Assembly (NCBI GenBank): GCA_963720545.1 | Contig: OY970399.1 | Coordinates: forward strand, 3,683,344-3,747,343 | From: an uncultured Acidobacteriota bacterium | GTDB taxonomy: Bacteria > Acidobacteriota > Vicinamibacteria > Fen-336 | Length of the DNA: 64,000 nt | Direction of reading: 5' to 3' | In this document: one piece after another, positions 1 through 10,396 of the stretch | Numbering within the stretch: position 1 is the first letter of the stretch | Layout: each line of letters starts with the position of its first letter | Program-made: the position numbers and the translations under genes | The notes under the pieces: model-generated | Seen by the model: the letters and a program-made list of their open reading frames with translations, nothing else | Told to the model about the DNA's origin: nothing | The model's database searches: none

Positions 1-1
1 C

Positions 2-361
2 GATCTCGAGCGCGAGCGGCGCACCATGTGGAACGGGGTGACGAACCCGGTGGCGCTGCGCAACATGCGCGAGATGCGCAAGGGCGACGAGTGCTTCGTG
101 TATCACACCGGCGGCGAGAAGGCGGTGGTGGGGGTCGCCGAAGTCGAGAAGGCGGCCTATCCCGATCCGCAGGCCGGCGACGAGCGCATCGTCGCCATCG
201 ACATCAAGGCGGTGCGCAAGCTGGCGCGGCCGGTGACGCTCGCCGAGATGAAGGCGATGAGCGTGTTCAAGGACAGCCCGCTGGCGCGCCAGGGCCGGCT
301 GTCGGTCGTGCCGCTGACGAAGGCCCAGTGGGCCGCCGTCCTGAATGCGGGTGAGCGCTAG
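2..361 (+). CDS. EVE (PUA-like, DUF55-type) domain protein, 5' end cut by the window edge
   Basis: The reading frame is open to position 2. 'DLERERRTMWNGVTNPVALRNMREMRKGDECFVYHTGG..VVGVAEV..AYPDP' fits the W-x-GV-x-N...MR-x-M-x-x-GD...YH pattern of EVE domains. About 30 N-terminal residues appear to be missing, so the ATG at 26 is probably internal. Confidence 0.6.
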   Translation, partial: DLERERRTMWNGVTNPVALRNMREMRKGDECFVYHTGGEKAVVGVAEVEKAAYPDPQAGDERIVAIDIKAVRKLARPVTLAEMKAMSVFKDSPLARQGRLSVVPLTKAQWAAVLNAGER

Positions 362-364
362 CGG

Positions 365-1499
365 CTAGTCGCCCAGGCCCCGCTCCAGGTCGGTGAGCAG
401 GTCGTCCGCGTCCTCGCAGCCGACGCTGATGCGCACCAGCCCGTCGACGATGCCGAGCGCATCGCGCTCGGGCTGCGTGTAGCCGGCGTGGGTCATGGTG
501 GCGGGATGCGAGATCAGCGTCTCGATGCCGCCGAGGCTCTCGCCAAGCGAGCACAAGCGCACGCGCGCGCAGCAGCGCGTCGGCCGCCTCGCGGCTGCCC
601 ATGTCGAACGAGATGAGCGCGCCGAAGCCGGTCGCCTGGCTCTTGTGCAGCTCGTGTCCCGGATGGTCGGGGAAGCCGGGCCAGAACACCTTCTGCACCT
701 TGCGGTGGCCGCGCAGGAAGTGCGCCACCGCGCGCGCGTTCTCTTCATGGCGCGGCATGCGCAGCGCAAGCGTCTTGGTGCCCCGCAGCACCAGCCAGGA
801 ATCGAAGGGTGAGAGGATCGCGCCGGCCGCGTTCTGCACGTACTGCAGCCACCGGCCATGCGCCTCGTCGCGCACGATGGCCGCGCCGCCGACGCTGTCC
901 GAGTGGCCGTTCAGGAACTTGGTGGTGGAGTGCACCACGATGTCGGCGCCGAGGCCGAGCGGCCGCTGGAAGAAAGGGCTGAGGAAGGTGTTGTCCACGA
1001 CCAGCAGCGCGCCGCGGTCGTGTGCGATCTTCGCCAGGGCGCGGATGTCCACGATCTTCATCATCGGGTTGGTGGGCGACTCGATCCACAACATCTTGAA
1101 GTCGCCGGCGGTGCGCGCGAAGGCTTTGTCGTCGGTGGCATCGACGAAATCGAACGTCACCCCGTACTGCGACAGGATCTTCGTGAACAGCCTGTGGGTG
1201 CCGCCGTAGACGTTGTCGCCCACCACGACGCGCTCGCCCTGCTTGACGAGCGTCAGCACGGCGTTGGTCGCCGCCATGCCCGAGGCGAAGCAGTAGGCGT
1301 CCACGCCGCGCTCGAGCGCGGCGAGGTTCTTCTCGAGGGTGCGGCGGGTGAGGTTGTGGGTGCGCGCGTACTCGTAGCCCTTGTGCTCGCCGATGCCCTG
1401 CTGCACGTACGTCGAGGTCTGGTAGATCGGCGTGACGATGGCGCCGGTGGTCGGGTCCGGCTCCTGGCCGGCGTGAATGCAGTCGGTGGCAAAACCCAT
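365..1499 (-). pseudogene. Cys/Met-metabolism PLP enzyme (cystathionine gamma-synthase/gamma-lyase family), one +1 frame break
   Basis: The N-terminal 300 aa lie in ORF 267..1499, with the PLP-lysine motif 'STTKFLNGHSD'. The canonical C-terminus 'SLGESLGGIETLISHPATMTHA...GLVRISVGCEDADDLLTDL' occurs only in ORF 365..859. The frames join in a (CG)n run at about 558-572. Confidence 0.8.
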
Positions 1500-1514
1500 G
1501 TGGTTGCTAGGCTC

Positions 1515-4235
1515 CTATGGCTTGACCTCTTTGCGGCTCAACGCTGCCTCGACCACCGCGCCAACGGCGTTTTTCGGCGGGTCGAGGCCGAGAAGGTGGC
1601 ACAGTGTCGGCGCCACGTCCACCTGGCGCAGCGGCCCGAGATCGTCCCCGGCGGGCACGCCGGGCCCCGCCATCGAGAAGGCGCCGTGCATCTCCGGACG
1701 CTCGGGACCATAAAGATGATCGCCGAAAGGCGCCGCGTTCTCGAACAACGCGCCGCTCAGCGCGCCAGACGTCTGCACGCCCGGCGCCATGTCGAGATAA
1801 ACGTCGTCGCCCGCGACCCAGGTCTTTACGACCAGTGGCCGGCCGGCGTCGTCGCGTGCCTGTGCCAGCGCCTTGCCGACGTCGGCAACGACCTGCGCCG
1901 CGTCCGCATCGGCAACGATGCCCTTCGGACGCGACACACGGTTGAGCGAGACGTAGCCGCTGTTGCTCGGCGAATAAACCGCCCGGGTCCTGGCGAGGTC
2001 GAGCGCGCCGGCTTTGTCCACGGCCAGCAGTCCGGCCGCCGCCAGCGCCACGTTGGGGCGGAAGATCCGGTCGAAGCCCGCAAGGCCGTGGTCGGTCGCG
2101 ATCGCGACGATCGTCTTGGCGTCGGCCTCCGTCAGCAGCTCGCCCACGTACCCGTCGACGACGCGCAGCGCCTGGTCGACATATGGCGCGAGCCGCGCAG
2201 CCAGCACCGGGTCGTGATGCGCGAGGTCCTTGTCCATGCGGCCGAGCCAGAGGTGCAGCGCCTCGTCGGGGTAGGCGAGGTAGGTGATGAGCAGGTCCCA
2301 CGGCGCCTGATGCGCGGCGAAGTTTGCGACGCGCTGCGACTGGCGGGCGGTGAGAGCAACCGTCTCGAGATAGCGATTCTCGGCGGTGCCGTCGCCGCCG
2401 TCCCAGAGCAGCGTGCCCAGGGCGCCGGTGCGGTACAGCTCGATGGCGCCATTGCCGCTGGTGCCGCCGGTCGCCCGGAGCGCCGCCGCGTCGAGCCGCG
2501 GCCGGGACGCCTTCAGCATGCGGATGCGGGCGCGGTAGAGAAGGAAGTCGGAGCCGTCCTTCGCGATTTCGTAAAGGCGGAAAAAGGCGCCAGCCGGTCC
2601 GCTCGCAACCGTGATCGGCACCTGGCCGAACGCAGACGCGTCCTTCTGCAGGGGCTCGGCGTGGATGACGGAGCGTCCGCGGGCGTTGCGATCGGCGCTT
2701 AGCAGCATGCTGTCGTAGCCGCGGCCGGCACGCTTCGGGTCGTCGTAGAGAAGTGCGAAGACGGTGGCGCCGCCGGCGGGGAGGCGGCACTCGCGCAGCG
2801 CGCCGGCATGCGGCGGCACGTTGGTCCACGAGCGGTCCGCCGCGCCGCAGTCGGTGTCGCGGCCGCGCAACAGGGCATCGGGCGCGTCGAACGCCTGGAA
2901 GCCGTCGATGAGCGTGAGGTTGCGGCTGAAGTTGCCGCCGAAGCGCTTGTCGTCGAAGTACGGCGCGAACGGGCTGACCTGCGTCGCCTGGGCCACCGTG
3001 ACCCGCAGGCCCTGGCCCGCTGCCGTTACCCAAAGCGGCTCCGCCCGCAGGCCGGTCGAGGCGAAGCCCGAGATGCTCTCGTCGAGCGCGGCTCCGGCTG
3101 GCACGAACTCATTGCCTTTGATGCCGTGCTCGTCCGGCCAGGCGCCGGTGTAGAGCGAGGCGTGGCCGGGAGCCGTCTTTGCCGGCTGCGAAACGCGCAC
3201 CTGGCTGGAGCGCACGCCGCGCGCGCGCAGCGCGGCGAGGTTGGGCATGACGCCGCGCCGCACCGCGGCGTCGATCAGTGGTCCGGGCGCGCCGTCGATG
3301 GTGGCGAGGATCGCCTTCGACTGGCCGCGCACGTAGAGGTGGCGCAGGCGGGGGTCGAGCGCCGGGCTGCCCGCCGCGAGCCACGCCGCCTGCCAGAAGG
3401 AAGCGATGGTCGACGATGTGTCGCTGAGCCGGGTGACGAGCGAATTGCGCTCGCGCCGGTAGAAACAAGTGAAGTACGCGCCGTCGTAGCGGGGCTCGCC
3501 GCCTGCGGCGCCCGGTGTTCCGCGGCAGGCCTTGTCGGCAGCCAACAGCGGCGCCGCCGCGAGGAATGAGGCGCGCAAGGTCCTGAGGGCGAATACCGCC
3601 GGCGCGGGCGGCTGGGTGACGCGCACCGGCCGCAGCCGCAAGCGCAGGTCTGAAGCGTTGCGGTCGATGAGGTCGTCCTCCCAGCGCGCGTGCACGCCAA
3701 CCTGGCCGGTGAGCTGGCCGTCGTAATTGGTAACCGCGTGCAGCGGCACGTGCGCGTCGCCGAGATAGTGCCCGACGGTGCTTGCCGCACGCAGCACGCG
3801 TTCGGCATCGCGGGCGCGCAGGGCGTCCACGAGATCGTCGTACGCTTCGGCGAGGCGCCACGGCAGGCGGCCCTTCTCGGCGGCGTTGGCGCCGTGCCTG
3901 CGCAGGTGCTCGGCCTCGTCGTCCGGAATGTCATTGAAGGGATAGCGGCCGAACGCGTCCATGTCGAGGAAGTGGCCGGGGAATTCGTTCGGCGGCACGC
4001 CGGTGGTGCGCCACAGATCGGGGTCGACTGCGTGCTCCACAACCCAGTCGGCGTTTGCCGTCAGCAGGTCCTTGAGCGGTCCGGGCGGCAGCCCCGCGAT
4101 GGCGCGCTGCTCGCTGAGGCGATGCGCGGCAAAACCCCAGGCGTGCGCCGCGCGTGGTGCCGTGAGCGTGAGCAGGCAGGCGCAGGCACCCGTCAGGACG
4201 CGCACGAGAAGGCTGGCTGAGGTTGCCGACCGCAT
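1515..4235 (-). CDS. Secreted fusion protein: S1/P1-type zinc nuclease domain plus nucleotide pyrophosphatase/phosphodiesterase (AlkP-superfamily) domain
   Basis: The signal peptide ends 'AHA|WGFAAH', giving the N-terminal Trp typical of P1 nuclease. The zinc motifs 'HYLGDAHVPLH' and 'HARWEDD' are present. The C-terminal half has NPP motifs: 'ATIDGAPGP', catalytic-Thr loop 'PAKTAPGHASLYTGAWPDEHGI', 'ATDHGL' and 'EMHGAFSMAGPG'. Confidence 0.75.
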   Translation of the reverse strand: MRSATSASLLVRVLTGACACLLTLTAPRAAHAWGFAAHRLSEQRAIAGLPPGPLKDLLTANADWVVEHAVDPDLWRTTGVPPNEFPGHFLDMDAFGRYPFNDIPDDEAEHLRRHGANAAEKGRLPWRLAEAYDDLVDALRARDAERVLRAASTVGHYLGDAHVPLHAVTNYDGQLTGQVGVHARWEDDLIDRNASDLRLRLRPVRVTQPPAPAVFALRTLRASFLAAAPLLAADKACRGTPGAAGGEPRYDGAYFTCFYRRERNSLVTRLSDTSSTIASFWQAAWLAAGSPALDPRLRHLYVRGQSKAILATIDGAPGPLIDAAVRRGVMPNLAALRARGVRSSQVRVSQPAKTAPGHASLYTGAWPDEHGIKGNEFVPAGAALDESISGFASTGLRAEPLWVTAAGQGLRVTVAQATQVSPFAPYFDDKRFGGNFSRNLTLIDGFQAFDAPDALLRGRDTDCGAADRSWTNVPPHAGALRECRLPAGGATVFALLYDDPKRAGRGYDSMLLSADRNARGRSVIHAEPLQKDASAFGQVPITVASGPAGAFFRLYEIAKDGSDFLLYRARIRMLKASRPRLDAAALRATGGTSGNGAIELYRTGALGTLLWDGGDGTAENRYLETVALTARQSQRVANFAAHQAPWDLLITYLAYPDEALHLWLGRMDKDLAHHDPVLAARLAPYVDQALRVVDGYVGELLTEADAKTIVAIATDHGLAGFDRIFRPNVALAAAGLLAVDKAGALDLARTRAVYSPSNSGYVSLNRVSRPKGIVADADAAQVVADVGKALAQARDDAGRPLVVKTWVAGDDVYLDMAPGVQTSGALSGALFENAAPFGDHLYGPERPEMHGAFSMAGPGVPAGDDLGPLRQVDVAPTLCHLLGLDPPKNAVGAVVEAALSRKEVKP

Positions 4236-4270
4236 TGCCTGACTTCGAACCGCTATCCGGGTGGCGCGCG

Positions 4271-4900
4271 TTAGCGAAGCGTGATCGTCAGTGGCACGGA
4301 CTGGCCGTCGCGCAGCACGACAGCACGGATCTCGCCTTCACCCGCGAGCCGGGAGTAGAGGGCCGCGAGTGTGGCGACGCTGTCGATGGGCGTGCCGTTG
4401 ATCTCGGTGAGGACGTCGCCGGGGCGCAACCCGGCGTCGGTGAGCAGCGTCTGGTCGGCGATGCGCGACAAGGTGAAGCCGGCGATCTTGCCGCCAGGCT
4501 CGCGCGCCGGTACCAGTGTCGTCTCGGCGAGGATGCGCGGGATTTCCTGGCCGAGGCGCTTCTCGACCTCGGCGCGCATCATGACCCGGCCGCCGCGTGC
4601 GGGCGCCGGCACCGCGGCCGCGGCGGGAAAACGCGGCGCGGGGGGCACGCCCGCCGTTTGGGGCAGCCGCACCTCGATTGTCTCGTCGCCGAACTTGAGG
4701 GTGACCGAGCCTTCGCTGACGGCAGTGAGAGTGCCGCCGAACGCCGAATCGCCGACGCCGAGCACGCGCTCGCGGCCGGCCGAACGCAGCACCGCGGAAC
4801 TGCGAGCGGGATCCGTGTGCTGCACCATGCCGAGCAGCGCCAGGTCGCCAGGAATGGCGACCGCGGCAGCGACGAGAACGCCGGAAAGTGCGCCCAACAT
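4271..4900 (-). CDS. Membrane-anchored PDZ-domain protein resembling type II secretion protein C (GspC-like)
   Basis: It has an N-terminal TM segment, a Pro/Ala linker and a C-terminal PDZ-like segment 'GFTLSRIADQTLLTDAGLRPGDVLTEINGTPI'. It lies directly upstream of the nuclease fusion on the same strand. Confidence 0.5.
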   Translation of the reverse strand: MLGALSGVLVAAAVAIPGDLALLGMVQHTDPARSSAVLRSAGRERVLGVGDSAFGGTLTAVSEGSVTLKFGDETIEVRLPQTAGVPPAPRFPAAAAVPAPARGGRVMMRAEVEKRLGQEIPRILAETTLVPAREPGGKIAGFTLSRIADQTLLTDAGLRPGDVLTEINGTPIDSVATLAALYSRLAGEGEIRAVVLRDGQSVPLTITLR

Positions 4901-4974
4901 GACCCGTGGTCACGGTACTCCACGCCTCGTCGCGGTGTCAACGAAGCGCCCGGGCGCGGTGTTAATCTCACGCC

Positions 4975-7032
4975 TTGCCCCGACCGCCGGCCAACACTCC
5001 CAGCCGATCCTTCCGATTGTCCGCGGGCCCCCGGCCGGAGGCGCCGGGCGGCGGACCGCTGCGCTCGCGGCTGCGCGACTTTTTCCTGCGCCGCTGGGCC
5101 GGCCGGCTGCTGCTGCTCGCGGTGCCGCTGCTCGTCCTCGAAGCGCTCGGCGTGCGGGCGTTCGACGGGTTCCACCGCCTGCTGCTCCTCACGCTCGCGG
5201 TCGCCTTCGGCTGCTGGTTCGTGCTGCGCCTGTTCGCGGGGCGGCTTTTCTACAAGATCCGCACCAAGCTCATCGTTTCCTATCTCTTCATCGCGCTGGT
5301 GCCGATTTTCCTGCTGACCATCTTCTTCGTGCTGCAGGCGGTGATCGTTCTCTATGCCGTCGGCACGCACGTGGTCAGCGCCGAGCTGGAGACGGCGGGC
5401 GCCAAGCTGCAGTCGTTCGCCGACACGGCGCTGGTGGTGGAGCGCACCCGCGGCCTGTCGAAGGCGGAGCTCGAGGACGCGATCGCACCGTCGCGAGCCG
5501 TGCATCCGGACATCGCGTACGCCGCGGTCAGCGGCCGGCGCGTGGTGGCGTCGTCGGGGACGGCGCCGACCGAATTGCCCGCATGGTGGACCGAGAAGCG
5601 GCGCGTGAGCCTCGTCGCCGAGGAAGTGGAGGGCGTCACGCGCCTGGTGCTGCGCGCGGCGGCGCGCGAGGGCGACGCCTTCGTCGTCATCGACGCGCCG
5701 GTGGACGCCACTCTGTTCGCGGCACTGCCCGCGCGCGGCCTCACGTTTCAGCAGGTTGCGGGGCGGATGCCGCGCGACGGCGACAGCCGCGACGACCACG
5801 ACATCGCCGTGCAGGTGGATGACGACGATCGCGAAGGCGGCGACACCCGGCCGCGGCTGACCTATCGCGCGCAGGGCGCGCTCGGCGGCATCCCGCTCGG
5901 CGTCCTGCCCGACGGCACCGAATGGCAGACCGGCCGCACCGCGTACCAGGCCATCGTGTTCTGGATGGACCCGCGCGCGTTGATGAGCTATCTCTCGACC
6001 AAGAGCTTCCGCACGCCCGACATCGTCCGCTACGTGCTGATCGCCGTCGGCGTGTTCTTCCTCGCGATGTACGGCGTCGCGCTGCTGCTCGGCTGGTTGC
6101 TCGCGCGCTCGATCACCAAGAACGTCTATTCGCTCTCGCAGGGCACCGAACGGCTGCGCGCCGGCGACTTCACCACGCCGATCCGGGTCACGAGCCACGA
6201 CCAGCTCGGCGACCTGGCCGAGTCGTTCAACCTGATGGCCGCGGGCATCGAGGACCTGCTGCGCCAGCAGGCCGAGAAGGAGCGCCTCGAGGAGGAGCTG
6301 CGCATCGCGCGCCGCATCCAGATGAGCCTGCTGCCGGCCGCCGGCTTCCTGCAGCTCGCCGGCGTGCGCATCGCCGCGCTCTGCCTGCCCGCGACCGAAG
6401 TGGGCGGCGACTACTACGACCTGCTGCACCTCGGCGGCGACCGGATGGGCGTGCTGGTCGCCGACGTTTCGGGCAAGGGCACTTCGGCGGCGCTCTACAT
6501 GGCGGAGCTGAAAGGGCTGGTGCTGTCGCTGTCGCGTATCTACGAATCGCCGGCGCGGCTGCTGTCGGAAGCGAACCGCATCCTCGCCACCACCCTCGAC
6601 TCGCGCTCGTTCGTCACCATGACGTACGCGGTGGTGGACGTGCCGGCTGGGCTCATGCGCTATGCGCGCGCCGGGCACAACCCGATCCTGCACTACGAGC
6701 GGGCCACCGGCGCCACCCACGTGCTGATGTCGAACGGCCTCGGCCTCGGCCTCGACAGCGGCGAGCGCTTCGACGCGATCATCGAGGAGCGTTCCGTGCC
6801 GCTGGTGCAGGGCGACGTCTTCCTGCTGTTCACCGACGGCCTCTCCGAGGCGATGAACGAAAGCTCCGAGCTGTACGGCGAGCAGCGGCTGCGCGACGTG
6901 CTCGAGTCGCAGCGCGCGCACGGGCTCGACGAGGACGCCCTGAAGGACCGCATCCTCGAAGACATCCGCGCCTTCGTCGGCGACGCCGCGCAGCACGACG
7001 ACATGACCATGGTCGTATTGAAGGTGGCGTGA
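4975..7032 (+). CDS. Membrane-bound HAMP-domain PP2C (SpoIIE/RsbU-type) serine phosphatase
   Basis: It has TM segments and a HAMP domain ('ITKNVYSLSQGTERLRAGDFTTPI..DQLGDLAESFNLM'). It also has a coiled coil and PP2C motifs 'GGDYYD' and 'VLVADVSGKGTSAAL...FTDGLSEA'. The TTG start at 4975 is uncertain. Confidence 0.8.
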   Translation: MPRPPANTPSRSFRLSAGPRPEAPGGGPLRSRLRDFFLRRWAGRLLLLAVPLLVLEALGVRAFDGFHRLLLLTLAVAFGCWFVLRLFAGRLFYKIRTKLIVSYLFIALVPIFLLTIFFVLQAVIVLYAVGTHVVSAELETAGAKLQSFADTALVVERTRGLSKAELEDAIAPSRAVHPDIAYAAVSGRRVVASSGTAPTELPAWWTEKRRVSLVAEEVEGVTRLVLRAAAREGDAFVVIDAPVDATLFAALPARGLTFQQVAGRMPRDGDSRDDHDIAVQVDDDDREGGDTRPRLTYRAQGALGGIPLGVLPDGTEWQTGRTAYQAIVFWMDPRALMSYLSTKSFRTPDIVRYVLIAVGVFFLAMYGVALLLGWLLARSITKNVYSLSQGTERLRAGDFTTPIRVTSHDQLGDLAESFNLMAAGIEDLLRQQAEKERLEEELRIARRIQMSLLPAAGFLQLAGVRIAALCLPATEVGGDYYDLLHLGGDRMGVLVADVSGKGTSAALYMAELKGLVLSLSRIYESPARLLSEANRILATTLDSRSFVTMTYAVVDVPAGLMRYARAGHNPILHYERATGATHVLMSNGLGLGLDSGERFDAIIEERSVPLVQGDVFLLFTDGLSEAMNESSELYGEQRLRDVLESQRAHGLDEDALKDRILEDIRAFVGDAAQHDDMTMVVLKVA

Positions 7033-7036
7033 AGTC

Positions 7037-8626
7037 ATGGCCGACCTGGTGCTTGTGGGCGGACGCGTGTGGGCGGGCAAGGGCCTGCCGGCGGCAACCG
7101 CGGTCGCGCTGCGCGGCGAACGCGTGCTGGCGGTGGGCAGCGATGCCCAAGTGCGCGCACTGGCCGGCACCGGGACGCGCGTCGTCGAACTGAAGGGCCG
7201 CGCCGTGGTGCCGGGATTCAACGACGCCCACGTCCATTTCCTCGACGGCTCGTTCGGACTGCTGTCCGTCGACCTGCGCGACGCGCAGGACGAGCAGGAA
7301 TTCGCGAAGCGCATCGGCGACTACGCCGCCACCATCCCGGCGGGCGAGTGGATCCTGCAGGGCAACTGGGACCACGAGAGCTGGCCGTCGCAGGAGCTGC
7401 CGACCCGGCAGATGATCGACGCGGTCACCGCGAAGAACCCGGTGTCGGTCACGCGCCTCGACGGCCACCAGGTGCTCGTCAATTCGCTCGCCCTGAAGCT
7501 CGCGGGCATCACCCGCGACACTGCCGATCCGGACGGTGGCACCATCGTGCGCGATGCCGCAGGCGAACCGACCGGCGTCCTCAAGGACAACGCGCAGGAT
7601 CTCGTGAGCCGCGCGATCCCGGAGCCGACGCGCGCGCAGAACCTGCGCGCGGCGCGCGCGGGCCTGGCCGAGGCGGCGCGCCGCGGCGTCACCACCATCC
7701 AGGACAACTCCTCGATCGACGCGCTGCCCACTTACCTCGAAATGCAGAAGCGCGGCGAGCTGACCGCGCGCTTCTCCGTGTGGCGCTACGCCTCCACTTC
7801 GCTGGCACCGCTGCTCGCGGCCGGCGTGCGCACCGGCCTCGGCGACGACTGGGTGCGTCTCGGCGCGCTCAAGATCCTCTGCGACGGCTCGATGGGCGCT
7901 GGTACGGCCGCGTTCTTCAAGCCCTATGCCGACGATCCCGCGACCAGCGGCCTGCTGCTGTTTCCCGTGGCGGAGCTGGAGCGCATGATCGTGGAGGCGG
8001 ATGCCGCGGGCTTCCAGCTCGCGGTGCACGCGATCGGCGATCGCGCCAACAGCCTGGTGCTCGACGCATTCCAGAAGGCGGTCGAGCGCAACGGCGCGCG
8101 CGAGCGGCGCTTGCGCATCGAACACTCGCAGGTGGTGGCCGCGGCCGACGTCGCTCGCTACAAGCAGCTCGGGGTGATCGCCTCGATCCAGCCGTCGCAC
8201 TGCATCGACGACATGCGCTGGGCCGAGCGCCGCATCGGCGAGGCCCGTTCGCACGATGCGTACAAGATCGGCGCGTTCGCGAAAGCGGGCGTGCCGATGG
8301 CCTTCGGCACCGACTGGTTCGTCGAACCGCTCGACCCGCGTCTCGGCCTGTACGCCGCAGTGACCCGCGAGTTCGTCGGCGGCGGGCCCGCGGGCGGCTG
8401 GCATCCGGACGAAAAAATCAGCCTCGAGGACGCGCTCGACGCCTACACGCGCGGTTCGGCGTTCGCCGAGTTTGCTGAAGACAGCAAGGGCACGCTTGCG
8501 GCGGGCATGCTCGCCGACCTGGTGGTGTTCGGCGCCGATATCTTCGCGCAGCCGCCGCGCCAGCTTCTCGATACCCCGGTCGACCTGACGATCGTCGGAG
8601 GCCGGGTCGTCTACGAACGCAAATGA
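7037..8626 (+). CDS. Amidohydrolase-family metal-dependent hydrolase (Amidohydro_3-like)
   Basis: Motifs seen: 'VVPGFNDAHVHFLDG', 'LAVHAIGDRA', 'RIEHSQV' and 'AFGTDW'. The stop overlaps the rnc start (ATGA). Confidence 0.75.
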   Translation: MADLVLVGGRVWAGKGLPAATAVALRGERVLAVGSDAQVRALAGTGTRVVELKGRAVVPGFNDAHVHFLDGSFGLLSVDLRDAQDEQEFAKRIGDYAATIPAGEWILQGNWDHESWPSQELPTRQMIDAVTAKNPVSVTRLDGHQVLVNSLALKLAGITRDTADPDGGTIVRDAAGEPTGVLKDNAQDLVSRAIPEPTRAQNLRAARAGLAEAARRGVTTIQDNSSIDALPTYLEMQKRGELTARFSVWRYASTSLAPLLAAGVRTGLGDDWVRLGALKILCDGSMGAGTAAFFKPYADDPATSGLLLFPVAELERMIVEADAAGFQLAVHAIGDRANSLVLDAFQKAVERNGARERRLRIEHSQVVAAADVARYKQLGVIASIQPSHCIDDMRWAERRIGEARSHDAYKIGAFAKAGVPMAFGTDWFVEPLDPRLGLYAAVTREFVGGGPAGGWHPDEKISLEDALDAYTRGSAFAEFAEDSKGTLAAGMLADLVVFGADIFAQPPRQLLDTPVDLTIVGGRVVYERK

Positions 8627-9336
8627 AGCCTGCGCCGCAGCCCTGGGGCGACCTCGAGCAGGCCCTCGGCCACAGCTTTCGCGACCGCGCGCTGCTGGAG
8701 CGGGCACTCACGCATTCGAGCTACGCCAACGAGCGCAAGGACCCGCGCATCCGTGACAACGAGGCGTTCGAGTTCCTGGGCGACGCGATCCTCGGCTTTC
8801 TCGTTGCCGAGATGCTGCACCGCGCCGACCCCGACGGCAGCGAGGGCGGCAAGAGCCGCCGACGGGCGGCGTTGGTGCGTGCTACGAGCCTCGCGCAGCG
8901 CGCAGAGGCTCTCGGCCTGCCGGCCTTCCTGCGCCTCGACCGCAACGAGGAGCGCACCGGCGGCCGGCGCAAGCAGGCCCTCTGGTCGGACGCGTTCGAG
9001 GCCGTGCTCGCCGCGATCCACCTCGACGCCGGCATCGACGCCGCGCGTGCCTTCGTAGAGCGACAGTTCGGCGTGGCGCAACTCGCGGGCAGCGCCCTGG
9101 AGCTGGCGCGCGACTTCAAGACCGAACTGCAGGAGCTGCTGCAGGGCCGCGGCCAACCCGCGCCCGTGTATCGGGTGCTCAGCGAGGAAGGCCCGCCGCA
9201 CGCGCGCACCTTCGAGGTGGCGTGCGTCATCGACGGCAAGACCGCGGCGAAAGGCGAGGGCCGCACCAAGAAGCAGGCGCAGCAGGCCGCCGCGCAGAAA
9301 GCGCTCGCGGCCTACGCCACTCGCGCTACTCGATGA
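8623..9336 (+). CDS. rnc: Ribonuclease III
   Basis: It has the RNase III signature '[20 protein letters not shown]' and a C-terminal dsRBD 'KTELQELLQ...[17 protein letters not shown]...[18 protein letters not shown]'. Confidence 0.9.
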   Translation: MKPAPQPWGDLEQALGHSFRDRALLERALTHSSYANERKDPRIRDNEAFEFLGDAILGFLVAEMLHRADPDGSEGGKSRRRAALVRATSLAQRAEALGLPAFLRLDRNEERTGGRRKQALWSDAFEAVLAAIHLDAGIDAARAFVERQFGVAQLAGSALELARDFKTELQELLQGRGQPAPVYRVLSEEGPPHARTFEVACVIDGKTAAKGEGRTKKQAQQAAAQKALAAYATRATR

Positions 9337-10396
9337 CGCCGCCGCCAAGGCACATGTCGTCGTCGTAAAAAACCGCCGACTGGCCGGGCGTGACCGCGCG
9401 CTGCGGCGCGTCGAACGCAACCGCGGCGCGGCCGCCGGCAACGGGCGTGATGGTGGCGGCGGCCGGTTCGTGGCGATGGCGGATGCGCACCTGGGCGCGC
9501 AGGGGCGCCTGCGGCTCCGCGATCGAGAGCCAGTTGACCGATGCCGCACGCAGCGTGGATGTGCGCAGCTCCTCGTCGTCGCCGACCACCACCGTGGCGG
9601 TCTTCGGTTCGATCCGCAGGACGTAGTGGCGCCGGCCGTCGGCGACGCCCAGGCCGCGCCGCTGGCCGACGGTGAAGTGGTGGATGCCGTCGTGGCTGCC
9701 GACGGTCGCGCCGGAGGTCGTCACGATCGCGCCGGGCATCAGCGCCGCGTCGCCCTTGTGCCTCTCGACGAAACGCGCGTAGTCGCCGTCGGGGACGAAG
9801 CAGATCTCCTGGCTCTCCGCCTTCTGCGCGGTCGGCAGGCTTTGCTCCGCGGCGATGCGCCGCACCTCCGCCTTGGTGAGTTCCCCCACGGGGAAGAGCG
9901 CTGAGCGAAGCTGCTCCTGGGTGAGCCCCCAGAGGAAATACGACTGGTCCTTCTCGGGATCGCGCCCCTTGAAGAGGCGCTGGCGGCCGCTCGCCGGGTC
10001 TTCGTCCTTGCGCGCGTAGTGGCCGGTCGCCACGTGCGCGATGCCGAGGTCGCGCGTCTTCTGCAGCAGGCTGTCGAACTTCACGTCGGTGTTGCAGCGC
10101 GAGCAGGGAATCGGCGTCCTGCCTTCGAGGTAGTCCTGGACGAACGGCGCGATCACGCCGGCCTGGAAAGAGCGCTCGAGGTTCAGCACATAGTGGGGGA
10201 TGCCGAGCCTCTGCGCCACTGCCTTCGCGTCGTGCAGGTCCTCGAGCGCGCAGCAGCGGCCGAAGGACGATCCGGAGCCGTGCGTCTGGTCGTGCAACTG
10301 CATCGAAATGCCCACCACGTCGTGGCCGGCGTGCTGCATCAGGGCCGCCGCCACGGACGAGTCGACGCCGCCCGACATCGCGACCACGACGCGCAT
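9326..10396 (-). CDS. mnmA: tRNA 2-thiouridine(34) synthase
   Basis: It has the PP-loop '[15 protein letters not shown]' and '[11 protein letters not shown]'. The start is set at the internal ATG at 10396 of ORF 9326..10936; the upstream 180 codons are Arg/Pro-rich noise. The start overlaps the stop of the upstream decarboxylase (ATGA). Confidence 0.9.
   Translation of the reverse strand: MRVVVAMSGGVDSSVAAALMQHAGHDVVGISMQLHDQTHGSGSSFGRCCALEDLHDAKAVAQRLGIPHYVLNLERSFQAGVIAPFVQDYLEGRTPIPCSRCNTDVKFDSLLQKTRDLGIAHVATGHYARKDEDPASGRQRLFKGRDPEKDQSYFLWGLTQEQLRSALFPVGELTKAEVRRIAAEQSLPTAQKAESQEICFVPDGDYARFVERHKGDAALMPGAIVTTSGATVGSHDGIHHFTVGQRRGLGVADGRRHYVLRIEPKTATVVVGDDEELRTSTLRAASVNWLSIAEPQAPLRAQVRIRHRHEPAAATITPVAGGRAAVAFDAPQRAVTPGQSAVFYDDDMCLGGGVIE

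Noticed and set aside
858-2702. 614-aa plus-strand ORF overlapping the PLP enzyme and the nuclease fusion. Similar very long antisense ORFs occur at 4579..7314, 6830..8707, 13958..16309, 54065..55510, 56855..59014 and 59045..61201.
   Set aside because: Their translations are Arg/Ala/Gly/Pro-rich low-information sequence without motifs. Each lies exactly opposite a gene with clear family signatures. Long stop-free antisense frames are expected in a genome this GC-rich.
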